A stretch of DNA of 29,302 nt from Candidatus Schekmanbacteria bacterium RIFCSPLOWO2_02_FULL_38_14. Lineage in GTDB: Bacteria; Schekmanbacteria; GWA2-38-11. This document shows, piece after piece, positions 10,778 through 18,716 of the stretch. The DNA is taken from NCBI GenBank assembly GCA_001790855.1, contig MGDH01000001.1, positions 79,427 to 108,728 on the forward strand. The letters run 5' to 3'. A model generated the notes under the pieces. The model had not been told where the DNA came from, searched no databases, and worked only from the letters and a program-made list of their open reading frames with translations. Made by a program: the position numbers and the translations under genes. The first letter of the stretch is position 1, and every line of letters begins with the position of its first letter.

Positions 10778-12976
10778 TTAACACAGTTTTTTGATTTTAT
10801 TCAAAAGCGCAATATTATCAGAATGGCCTGAGAACCTTGCTGTTATTCTTCCTTTTACAGGCCTGCCAAGAAGGTAAAAATCTCCTATTATGTCAAGAAT
10901 CTTATGTCTTACAAACTCGTTGTTAAACCGCAATTCAGTGTTGATAACTTTTTCATCATCAAGGAGTATTGCGTTGTTTATTCTTCCGCCGCTTATATAT
11001 CCCTTTTTTTCCAACAGTTCAACATCCTTCAGGAAGCAAAAGGTTCTTGCAGGAGCTATTTCTTCCTTGAAATTTATCACATTCTTTAAAACAAAAGTAA
11101 ATTCCTGGTGACCGATGGGCTTTGGATAGTCCATTGTGTAATGGATAGAAAATTCAGGTGCAGGCTCTATGGATATGTATTTTCCCTTAGGGTCGCCAAT
11201 AAAATATGTATCATCTATGATAATTTCTTCAACATATTCATCCTGTTCCTCCAGTCCGCCGTCTTCGATTAGCTCGCAGAAGTCCTTTGCAGAACCGTCC
11301 ATTATAGGGACTTCATCAGAGATTTTTATAAGAAGGTTATTTATTCCGTATATATGAAGTACAGCCATTATATGTTCTACAGTTTTAGCCTGGCTTTTGC
11401 CGCTCCTGAGAGATGTAGCGAACTCTGTTGATTCTACGTAGTCAAGAAATGCCGGAACTGTTTCTCCTGTTGAAATATTGCCAAAGGTTATGCCTGAGTT
11501 CGGAGGCTGGGGAATCAGAATCAATCCTGTCTTAAGACCTGAATGAAGTCCCTGACCGCATAGCACAACACTTGTTTTCAGAGTTTTCTGGCGTCTTTTG
11601 TTTAATGCTTTTGTTTTTCCAATGTTAATGCTAAGGGTTTTTACCTTGCGCTCAAGACTGCGTTTTCCAAGGGAAATAACCCTTGCAGTTTTTGACATGT
11701 CCCATTCATTTTTTTTAAGGTGATAGGCAATAAATTCCTTTTCCCATGCAGTCTGGGCTTCTTTTAATGATGAGTATCCTTCAAAACGATATGAAGAGCC
11801 ATCTTTTTTCTCTCCTTTTATTCCTGCAGGGATATCATTAAAAGTGACTTTAGCCATTGGCACGGTTATTACGAGCCTTTCAATGATGTTTTTCAGTTCC
11901 TTCACATTACCGGGCCAGTTAAAAACGCTCAGAGCTACCATTGCCTCATCATCAATCTCTTTTATATTTTTACCATATTCCTCACAAAATTCTTTCATAA
12001 AATAGTTTGCAAGCAGTGGAATGTCATCCCTTCTGTCTCTCAGTGATGGTGAAAAAAATGAGATTTCTGTGAGGATTTTATAAAATTCCGGGTCGAAGTT
12101 GCCAAGCCTGACTTCTTCTGACATGTCTTTGTTTGAAGCAGCAATGAACCTGAAGTCGATGGGGATATTCTTTTTCCCGCCTGTTCGCTTCAATTTCTTG
12201 CTTTCAAAAACTTCTATAATCTTTTTCTGTATCCCGGGACTGATTTTATCCACTTCATCAAGGAACAAGGTGCCTCCTTCTACTATTTCAAATTTTCCTC
12301 TTTTGAAGGTTTCTGCTTTTTGTGAACTCTGATCCTCAAATCCAAAAAGCTGTGATTCAAGAGTATTTTCTGCAAGTATGGAACAATTGATTTTAATAAA
12401 AGGTTTGCTGCGGCGTCTGCTTTCAGCGTGAATTACCCTTGCAATGAGTTCCTTGCCGGTTCCGTTTTCACCTGTAATCAGGATATTCTTATTTGTTTCA
12501 TATGCGTTTTTAATCTTACGGCGCATTTCTGCAATTAAAGGATTTTCTCCAATGATTTCATGCTTTCTGATTAGCTCCTTTTTAAGTTCAAGGTTTTCCC
12601 TTATAAGCCTTTGCTGTTCTATGGCGTGGGTAATGGTTGTGAGAACATTTTCAAGAGAGAGAGGCTTTTCTATGAAATCAAATGCTCCAAGTTTTGTAGC
12701 CCTCACTGCAGTATCTATGCTTCCGTGTCCTGACATTATTATGACCTCAAGGTCTGACTGGAATTCCTTTACTGTCTTGAGAACCTCAATGCCATCAAGT
12801 CCCGGCATCCAGATATCAAGAAGGATTACATCAGGAGAAATTGATTTGACAAGCTCAAGGGCCTGGGTTCCGTTTTCTGCCATTGAGACATCATACCCTT
12901 CATCAGTCAGAATCCCTTCAAGGGTTGTACTGATGCTTGGTTCATCATCTACAATCAATACATGTCCTTTTCGCAT
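10778..12976 (-). CDS. single ORF fusing an NtrC/NtrX-family response regulator (REC, sigma-54-type AAA+ with degenerate GAFTGA, Fis-type HTH) to a complete UDP-3-O-acyl-N-acetylglucosamine deacetylase (LpxC) domain
   Basis: Likely start ATG 12976 (MRKGHVLIVDDEP) with RBS AAGAGGA; the track ORF extends to 13015. REC: LIVDDE...D (LLDIWMPGLDG)...K. AAA+: Walker A GENGTGKE, Walker B LFLDEVD, R-finger RDRRDDIP. HTH: WDMSKTARVISLGKRSLERKVK. Then the same frame, with no stop and no in-frame ATG/GTG/TTG, continues into KRRQKTLKTSVVLCGQGLHSG...TVEHIMAVL...EVPIMDGSA...ARTFCFLKDVE...GGRINNAIL...EFVRHKILDIIGDF...GHSDN, which is unmistakably LpxC (minus 11587-10781). Confidence 0.8.
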   Translation of the reverse strand: MRKGHVLIVDDEPSISTTLEGILTDEGYDVSMAENGTQALELVKSISPDVILLDIWMPGLDGIEVLKTVKEFQSDLEVIIMSGHGSIDTAVRATKLGAFDFIEKPLSLENVLTTITHAIEQQRLIRENLELKKELIRKHEIIGENPLIAEMRRKIKNAYETNKNILITGENGTGKELIARVIHAESRRRSKPFIKINCSILAENTLESQLFGFEDQSSQKAETFKRGKFEIVEGGTLFLDEVDKISPGIQKKIIEVFESKKLKRTGGKKNIPIDFRFIAASNKDMSEEVRLGNFDPEFYKILTEISFFSPSLRDRRDDIPLLANYFMKEFCEEYGKNIKEIDDEAMVALSVFNWPGNVKELKNIIERLVITVPMAKVTFNDIPAGIKGEKKDGSSYRFEGYSSLKEAQTAWEKEFIAYHLKKNEWDMSKTARVISLGKRSLERKVKTLSINIGKTKALNKRRQKTLKTSVVLCGQGLHSGLKTGLILIPQPPNSGITFGNISTGETVPAFLDYVESTEFATSLRSGKSQAKTVEHIMAVLHIYGINNLLIKISDEVPIMDGSAKDFCELIEDGGLEEQDEYVEEIIIDDTYFIGDPKGKYISIEPAPEFSIHYTMDYPKPIGHQEFTFVLKNVINFKEEIAPARTFCFLKDVELLEKKGYISGGRINNAILLDDEKVINTELRFNNEFVRHKILDIIGDFYLLGRPVKGRITARFSGHSDNIALLNKIKKLC

Positions 12977-13039
12977 AATATTTTCCTCTTTAATCAATTT
13001 ATTAAAAAAATACAACTGTATTTTTAGAAAAAATCTTAT

Positions 13040-13222
13040 AATGAACTACCCCGCAGCAGAGCTGCGAGGTATCAAAGTCTTAGAACTAATTGCAATTACC
13101 TGTCATTCCGGGCTTGACCCGAAATCCAGTTTTTTGTCTCTAGATTCCCGCTTTCGCCTGCCTGCCGGCAGGCGGGAATGACAATAAATACTAATTGTAC
13201 CCCGAAGCAAAGCTTCGAGGAA
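13040..13222. repeat. composite palindromic intergenic element: two direct hairpin repeats flanking an 84-bp family-A-like palindrome
   Basis: 13041-13062 CCCCGCAGCAGAGCTGCGAGGT and 13200-13222 CCCCGAAGCAAAGCTTCGAGGA are direct repeats whose differences are compensatory within the stem. Between them GTCATTCC...GGAATGAC (13097-13180) encloses CGGGCTTGACCCG and ATTCCCGC-tttcgCCTGCCTGCCGGCAGG-CGGGAAT. Confidence 0.6.
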
Positions 13223-13318
13223 TTTTTTGATTAAAAAATAACAAAGGGTAGGGGAGGCTTTAGCCTGCCCTGCCTTTCTAATAGTTATAAGTCATTAGTT
13301 ATAAGTTCTCAGTTAATT

Positions 13319-15532
13319 CTACCTCGCAGGCAGTTCTATTACAAAGGTTGTTCCCTGAGGCTCATTATCCTTTACCCGTATATAACCGTTATGCTCTGAA
13401 ATAATTGTATTTACGATTGCAAGCCCCAAACCTGTTCCCTGCTTCTTTGTCGAGAAATATGGCATAAAAAGTTTTTCTCTAAGATAAAAAGGAATCCCTA
13501 TACCTGTGTCAGATACTTCTATCTTTACAATCTGGAAATCTGATACATACTTTGTTTTGATAAATATTCCTCCGTGCCCTTTCATCGCCTCTATGGCATT
13601 TTCAAGAAGGTTGATGAAAACCCGTTTTATCTGCTCCGGGTCCAGATGAAGCAGCGGAACTTTTTCTGAAAACTCTGTTTCAATAGTTATGTCCTTCAGG
13701 GTTCCCCTGTAAAGCGCTATGGCTTCGTTTATTATGTCATGAAGATTGGTCGGGAGCGGACTTGAAGTGGGCATTCTTGCAAACTGGGAAAACTCATTAA
13801 CCATTTTTTTAATGTCATCAACTTCCTGTATTATTATATTTGTGCAATCCTCAAGGACTTCTCCCATATCTTCTGCTTTTGACTGGAATTTTTTCTTCAG
13901 TCTCTGTGCTGAGAGTTTTATTGGGGTTAAGGGGTTTTTTATTTCATGGGCGATTCTTCTTGCAACCTCTCTCCACGCAGCGACTCTCTGCGCCCGTATT
14001 AGTTCTGTAAGATTATCAAGCACTATAACCATGCCAAGATAATTTTCCTGACTGTCAAAGAGCATATTGATATTTGTCATGAATATAAAAACCTCTCCGT
14101 CAATGTTAAGGTTTATTTCTTTTTCAAGGCTTCTTGCGTTGTCATCAAGTATCTGAGAGATAATTTTCTTCAATGTTTCAAAATGCTTAATGCCAAATAC
14201 TTCTGTGTAGTGTTTGTTCATAGTATCATTTTCATTGGCATGGAGCATGTTTTCTGCTGCCTTGTTTATGGTTGATATATTTCCATTATTATCAAGAGAG
14301 ATAACACCTGTTGTTATGTTTTCAAGAACAGTTTCCATGTAAGTTCTCTTCTGTTCCAGCTCAATATTGGTATTTTTAAGGCTTATGTTTTTTTCCTCAA
14401 GGTCAGCCTTGTTTTTTTTTAGTCTGTCAGTCATCTGGTTAAATGAGCTGACAAGGACTCCTATTTCATCCTGGCTTTCAGGGTCTGGTTCAAGGTCAAT
14501 ATGAAAGTCAAGGTTTCCTCCGGCAATTTCTTTTGTCCCTTCAGCAAGTTGCTGAATAGGACCTGTTATGCCCTTTGCCATTTGAAGCCCGAACCACATT
14601 GCAGCAAAGATAATCAGTATAGTAACAATAGCAAACATTGCGATGTAGTTGTTGGCAATTGGTCTTTTAAGAATGTTTTTTTCCCTGTATTCCTTGTATG
14701 CGAGGTTTATTGATTTTATGTCCTCAGAGATTCCTTTTGGCAGGTAAAAGCTTGTTGCAACTGCGCCAATTATGTGGGTTTTATCTCCATGGGCTTTAAT
14801 TGGAGTAATTCCAATAATTAATTCGCCTTTTCCAACAGGTTTTATTTCAGTGATTTTTTTCCCCCGAAAGGCTCTTCTCAAGAATTTTTCTCCGGGTTTT
14901 TTGAATCTGTTTTCCGGAAATTTGGGATCGAGGATTTTTACAAGCTCTTTTTTGTTTGTACTGTAGATGGAGATAGAACTTAAATTATATTCCTTGCGTT
15001 TTTCGTTTACCAGATTCTTTAAATTGTCTATTCTGCTTTTTCTTATCAGATTTTTTTCTGAGACTTCCTTGCTCATCTGCCAGCTGAAATGAAGAGCCCT
15101 GCTCTCTAAATTTTTATAGTAGCTTTCAGAAACTTCAAGCGCCACGCTCAGGGAATTCTCTATTGGAAGGCTGAACCAGTACTCTATGGTCTGGGATATA
15201 AGGACTCTTGCAAATAAAAAGAGGAGAACGGAGGGTATTATTGTAAGCAGGAAGAATGAGACAATAAGTTTTGTCCTGAATTTTGCTCCGGGAACTTTTC
15301 TCTGTCTTTCAAAATACAGCTTTACAAGGTTGCGGATTACAAGGAAAAATAAAATCAGCAGGAGGATAAAATTTATATTATAAAATGAATAAAAGATGAT
15401 GTAGTTTGCAATTGGAGAAGAAGCCTTTATGTTGCGGGTATAGACCTCTACAAAAGTGATAGCAACAAGGATGAGCAGTATTGATACAACCGTTATTATT
15501 ATTCTTCTTCTTCTGATATTTGTTTCTACCAT
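13319..15532 (-). CDS. sensor histidine kinase, NtrY-like (N-terminal membrane region, HAMP, PAS, HisKA, HATPase_c)
   Basis: 737 aa with several N-terminal TM segments. HAMP-like ...GPIQQLAEGTKEIAGGNLDF..., PAS (TGVISLDNNGNISTINKAAENML), H-box IAHEIKNPLTPI, ATPase N/G boxes (NLLENAIEAM; DTGIGIP; GTGLGLAIV). Confidence 0.85.
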   Translation of the reverse strand: MVETNIRRRRIIITVVSILLILVAITFVEVYTRNIKASSPIANYIIFYSFYNINFILLLILFFLVIRNLVKLYFERQRKVPGAKFRTKLIVSFFLLTIIPSVLLFLFARVLISQTIEYWFSLPIENSLSVALEVSESYYKNLESRALHFSWQMSKEVSEKNLIRKSRIDNLKNLVNEKRKEYNLSSISIYSTNKKELVKILDPKFPENRFKKPGEKFLRRAFRGKKITEIKPVGKGELIIGITPIKAHGDKTHIIGAVATSFYLPKGISEDIKSINLAYKEYREKNILKRPIANNYIAMFAIVTILIIFAAMWFGLQMAKGITGPIQQLAEGTKEIAGGNLDFHIDLEPDPESQDEIGVLVSSFNQMTDRLKKNKADLEEKNISLKNTNIELEQKRTYMETVLENITTGVISLDNNGNISTINKAAENMLHANENDTMNKHYTEVFGIKHFETLKKIISQILDDNARSLEKEINLNIDGEVFIFMTNINMLFDSQENYLGMVIVLDNLTELIRAQRVAAWREVARRIAHEIKNPLTPIKLSAQRLKKKFQSKAEDMGEVLEDCTNIIIQEVDDIKKMVNEFSQFARMPTSSPLPTNLHDIINEAIALYRGTLKDITIETEFSEKVPLLHLDPEQIKRVFINLLENAIEAMKGHGGIFIKTKYVSDFQIVKIEVSDTGIGIPFYLREKLFMPYFSTKKQGTGLGLAIVNTIISEHNGYIRVKDNEPQGTTFVIELPAR

Positions 15533-16629
15533 GATATCCTTGCAAACAATTTTCCTGCTTCCTGTTTAATAATCCCGTTCATTTCAAGGTTTAAAAGGAT
15601 AGCAGAAACTTTGTTAACCGGCAAATTGGACTCTTTGGCTATTACGTCAATGTGGACAGGGTTCTCGTTTATAAGAGAATATATTATTGTCTCTTCTTTT
15701 GATAAACTCAAACGGGTTTCTCTGCTTGCCTCATTGCCGGCTCCTGTTTTTGATTTTTGCGGTACATTCAGCTCGCTGATAATGTCAGAGATATCTTCAA
15801 CAAGTTTTGCCCCTTCTTTAATAAGCGAATTGGTCCCTTTGCTGTTTCTGGCATTGATATTGCCGGGTATTGCAAATACCTCTCTTCCCTGCTCAAGCGC
15901 CTGTTTTGCTGTTATTAATGCACCGCTTTTTTCAGATGCCTCAACGACAAGGGTTCCAAGGGATAAACCGCTTATAATACGGTTTCTGACCGGAAAATTT
16001 TCACGGTGAGGCGGCATTTTCATTGGGAATTCTGATATAACAGCCCCTGATGTTGAAATCCTTTCAGCAAGCCTTGAATTTTCCTGCGGATAAATCACAT
16101 TTAATCCTGAGCCAAGAACTGCAAAGGTTTTTCCTCCTTTTTCAATTGCTGTGGTATGTGCTACTGTATCAATTCCTCTTGCCATACCGCTTACTATTGC
16201 AAAGCCTCTCGCCACTAATTCTCCTGTTAATTTCTCAGTGATTGCTTTTCCATAATAGGTTGGGTTTCTTGACCCTACAATTGCAATTCCGGGTTCAAAA
16301 TCTTTAATGCTTCCTTTGACATAAAGAACAGGAGGGGGATTGTGTATTGTTTTTAAAGTTGCCGGATATTCCGGGGAATCGAGGGTTAATACCTCGACGC
16401 TGTTCTCATTTATCAGCCTCAGTTCTTCTTCAATAAGCCTTCCGTCTTTAAGAGAGATTATCTCCTTTGCAAGCTTGTCTCCGATTCCCCTGACTTTAAT
16501 AAGGTCATTATAGGAAACCTTGAGAACATTGCTTGCCGTGCCAAAGTGCTGCAGGAGTCTGGTAAACAGGATTTTTCCAATGCCTGATACCAAATTGAGG
16601 GCTATCCAGTCTTTTTTGTTGTTGTCCAT
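15526..16629 (-). CDS. dprA: DNA processing protein DprA (Smf)
   Basis: Rossmann-like core GIAIVGSRNPTYYGKAITEKL...IVSGMARGIDTVAHTTAI...GKTFAVLGSGLNVIYP... and a C-terminal winged-helix region. Overlaps the kinase start by 7 nt. Confidence 0.9.
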   Translation of the reverse strand: MDNNKKDWIALNLVSGIGKILFTRLLQHFGTASNVLKVSYNDLIKVRGIGDKLAKEIISLKDGRLIEEELRLINENSVEVLTLDSPEYPATLKTIHNPPPVLYVKGSIKDFEPGIAIVGSRNPTYYGKAITEKLTGELVARGFAIVSGMARGIDTVAHTTAIEKGGKTFAVLGSGLNVIYPQENSRLAERISTSGAVISEFPMKMPPHRENFPVRNRIISGLSLGTLVVEASEKSGALITAKQALEQGREVFAIPGNINARNSKGTNSLIKEGAKLVEDISDIISELNVPQKSKTGAGNEASRETRLSLSKEETIIYSLINENPVHIDVIAKESNLPVNKVSAILLNLEMNGIIKQEAGKLFARISW

Positions 16630-16722
16630 GGGATATGACCTTAATTCTTTCCTGCCTTTTTTATCAAACGGAAGGTCTCTTCGTAAATAACTTTTCGAGG
16701 TCCTATTGCAATAATTGTACTA

Positions 16723-16956
16723 GCTCAATAATTCGGTAACTTTTTGGAGCTTATCAAAAGGTGTTTCATAATTCAATTCCCCATGTTTTCTTAAGTGATT
16801 ATACTCAAATAAAAAGTTTCCAAGATTCATTATAAGATCCTTCTCAGAATCAAAAGAATTAGGATAAAAGAATTCATTCTTGATAATTTTCCAAAAGGCT
16901 TCTATCTTACCATTGGTTTGTGTTTTATTATTAATTATACCAAAAGAGTTACCTGA
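16723..16956 (-). pseudogene. transposase remnant (C-terminal ~78 aa of an rve/integrase-core DDE transposase, IS3/IS481-like); N-terminus deleted
   Basis: Minus-strand frame gives SGNSFGIINNKTQTNGKIEAFWKIIKNEFFYPNSFDSEKDLIMNLGNFLFEYNHLRKHGELNYETPFDKLQKVTELLS*. This matches the conserved ...P.TNGK.ERF..T.K.E...............YN..R.H..L...TP end of rve-domain transposases. The upstream in-frame stop leaves no start and no catalytic core. Confidence 0.6.
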
Positions 16957-17093
16957 TTAGTGAGCATTAACAACCTATTTTTTAAGCTTCCTGAAAGTGT
17001 TAATTATGAATCTACTTCTTTAATGAAACATTTCAAATAGAATCAATAATATAACAATAGTTTTTATGGATACCATATTGTTGAGATGGAGAG

Positions 17094-17366
17094 TTAGCGA
17101 TCAGAAGACACCTTGACCATCTCTATAGGCTGCTCCTTGCCACAATGCTTGCAAACTATTGCATCTTCTTTAATAATCTCTGCACAGTAGGGACATATTT
17201 TGGTATATCCTTTAGATACCAGAGGTGGAAGTACAATAATAACAGCAATAAGTAACGGAACAATTGCACATAAGAAAAGCCACAATATCGGGCTGCGCCC
17301 TTTTCTTCTGGCTATAATGCCGCCTACAATGCCTGCAATAGTAAGCAGAATAACATATCTAAGCAA
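17094..17366 (-). CDS. small membrane protein with 2 TM helices and C-terminal zinc-ribbon (CPYC...CKHC)
   Basis: 90 aa with TTG start (track): LRYVILLTIAGIVGGII...ILWLFLCAIVPLLIAVIIVL then KICPYCAEIIKEDAIVCKHCGKEQP. Lies immediately downstream of the SPFH gene. Confidence 0.5.
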   Translation of the reverse strand: MLRYVILLTIAGIVGGIIARRKGRSPILWLFLCAIVPLLIAVIIVLPPLVSKGYTKICPYCAEIIKEDAIVCKHCGKEQPIEMVKVSSDR

Positions 17367-17385
17367 TGGGATTCTCTACTTTGTT

Positions 17386-17444
17386 ACCCCGTTAGAAAGC
17401 CCCCATGTATGGCGGGGAAAAAGCTTTTTCCTTTCTAACGGGGT
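17386..17444. repeat. family-B palindromic repeat: ACCCCGTTAGAAAG ... CTTTCTAACGGGGT (14-bp arms, 31-bp spacer)
   Basis: Direct reading. The spacer contains GCCCCCATGTATGGCGGGG. Sits between the SPFH stop and the small membrane protein start. Confidence 0.7.
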
Positions 17445-17487
17445 TTATGATTATTCGTTTAGGACATAGATAGTATATCAACGTCCT

Positions 17488-18360
17488 TTATCTTTTCTGT
17501 ACCTCACCTACGCCAATAAATGGTATTGCGCCACCACCTGTAACCTGGGGGAGTATCCCATTCCATTTATCTATTGCCTTAAGATTTGCCTCTATCTTTC
17601 TAAGCTCTATAAGATCGGTTGAAATATTTGCTCTTTGGAGCCTCAGGGACTCTGCCTCTGCTTTGGCTGCTGTAATCGTCTGCTCTGCCTCAATCTTTAT
17701 CCTCTCCAGGTCTCTCTTTGCCTTTTGTGCAAGCTGGTCTGCTGTTTGCTTTGCCTCAATAGCCTCCGTAAATACTTGTGAGAAACTGAATGTGACAATA
17801 GAAAACGCATCAACTGCTATATTATACTTCAGGAGTCTTTCAGAAAGGGCTTCTTTCATTGCCGTGCTTACTGCCGGCCTCTTTGTAATAAGCTCTTCTG
17901 CTGAATACCCCGCTGACACAGCTTTCATTACCTCTTGTATTGCAGGGTCTATCATACGCTCCTTGAATTGTACCCCAAGGGTCTGATAGACAACATTTGC
18001 CTTATCAGGTATGACATGATAGTTAAGCGCAACCGATAAAGTCACATCCTGAAGATCAGCCGAGGCAGATGCGGAATCAGTCACTGCCTTCTGCACCTTG
18101 ACATCCATTATGGCAATCTTCTGCATTACAGGCACTATGAAATGCAGTCCTTCTCCAAGCACATTCTGCTGAACAGCGCCAAAATTGAGGACAACCCCTC
18201 TTTCACCTGCTCCAATCTGAACCCATGGTTTCAAAAACAGAAAAAACACCAGAATTGCTCCAATAATCACTGCCACCCTCATAGGGCCTTTCTTCATTGC
18301 AGACTGCATTGTCTCCTTTGCCATGTAGATACCTTTCTCAATATCTTTCTCATCTAACAT
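17488..18360 (-). CDS. SPFH/band-7 (prohibitin/stomatin-like) membrane protein
   Basis: N-terminal TM (MRVAVIIGAILVFFLFL), SPFH core (GERGVVLNFGAVQQNVLGEGLHFIVPVMQKIAIMDVKVQK...) and a C-terminal coiled coil (AKQTADQLAQKAKRDLERIKIEAEQ...). RBS AAAGGAGGA. Confidence 0.85.
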   Translation of the reverse strand: MLDEKDIEKGIYMAKETMQSAMKKGPMRVAVIIGAILVFFLFLKPWVQIGAGERGVVLNFGAVQQNVLGEGLHFIVPVMQKIAIMDVKVQKAVTDSASASADLQDVTLSVALNYHVIPDKANVVYQTLGVQFKERMIDPAIQEVMKAVSAGYSAEELITKRPAVSTAMKEALSERLLKYNIAVDAFSIVTFSFSQVFTEAIEAKQTADQLAQKAKRDLERIKIEAEQTITAAKAEAESLRLQRANISTDLIELRKIEANLKAIDKWNGILPQVTGGGAIPFIGVGEVQKR

Positions 18361-18386
18361 TATGCTTCCTCCTTTTGTGATTGTTT

Positions 18387-18420
18387 ACCCCGTTTAGAAA
18401 TTGAAGATTTCTAACGGGGT
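18387..18420. repeat. family-B palindromic repeat: ACCCCGTTTAGAAAT-tgaag-ATTTCTAACGGGGT
   Basis: Near-perfect 14-bp hairpin, 25-30 nt upstream of the SPFH start codon, so it lies in the 5' UTR or operator region. Confidence 0.7.
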
Positions 18421-18463
18421 TTACTTCCCTGCCTGTCGGCAGACAGGAAGCCTTCTTATCCTT

Positions 18464-18490
18464 GGAACGTAGATTGCAAATCAACGTTCC
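18464..18490. promoter_or_regulatory. palindromic candidate operator GGAACGT-N13-ACGTTCC upstream of SPFH gene
   Basis: Perfect 7-bp inverted repeat about 105-130 bp upstream of the SPFH ATG on its strand. Confidence 0.35.
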
Positions 18491-18680
18491 TTTCTTTTTC
18501 CTTTCTTTGCCTCCTTTCCTGCATATCTGTTTGTCATGGTCGGTTCAATTTTTAAGGGATTAGATTCTTGTTTAGATTAGAATAATTTTGTTATAAGTAT
18601 ATAAGTTTAGATTTCAGTGTCAATAAGTTTTGATTAGAAACTTTTTCAGAAATCTCTTTTTGAACTTTGAGCTTTGTCAC

Positions 18681-18709
18681 TTGACATTACTACACCAGCA
18701 AACTAAATT
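18681..18709 (+). promoter_or_regulatory. sigma-70-type promoter (TTGACA-N17-TAAATT) giving a probably leaderless transcript for the methyltransferase gene
   Basis: TTGACA 18681-18686 and TAAATT 18704-18709. The ATG at 18717 is only about 7 nt downstream of the -10 and has no SD. Confidence 0.4.
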
Positions 18710-18716
18710 TAATTAT

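Noticed and set aside
11585-11641. Interpretation of the regulator-LpxC ORF as two genes with an internal start
   Set aside because: No ATG/GTG/TTG occurs in frame in the 18-codon linker and no stop in the regulator frame. A sequencing or assembly indel cannot be excluded without reads, so it is kept as a finding rather than rejected outright.
12444-13181. 245-aa plus-strand ORF
   Set aside because: Lies antisense to the well-supported response-regulator/LpxC gene. Low-complexity Ser/Leu-rich translation typical of a shadow ORF, with no RBS.
13040-13320. tRNA or other structured RNA gene in the GC-rich intergenic segments (also 25010-25250)
   Set aside because: No cloverleaf-compatible arrangement, no GTTCRANNC T-loop box, and no CCA-proximal acceptor pairing. 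The GC-rich stretches resolve into simple inverted repeats.
18430-18500. Sigma-54 (-24/-12) promoter candidate TGGAACGTTGATTTGCA on the minus strand upstream of SPFH
   Set aside because: The spacing is one nt too long and TGGAAC deviates from TGGCAC. The sequence is better explained as the GGAACGT-N13-ACGTTCC palindrome. No other convincing TGGCAC-N5-TTGC site was seen in any intergenic region.
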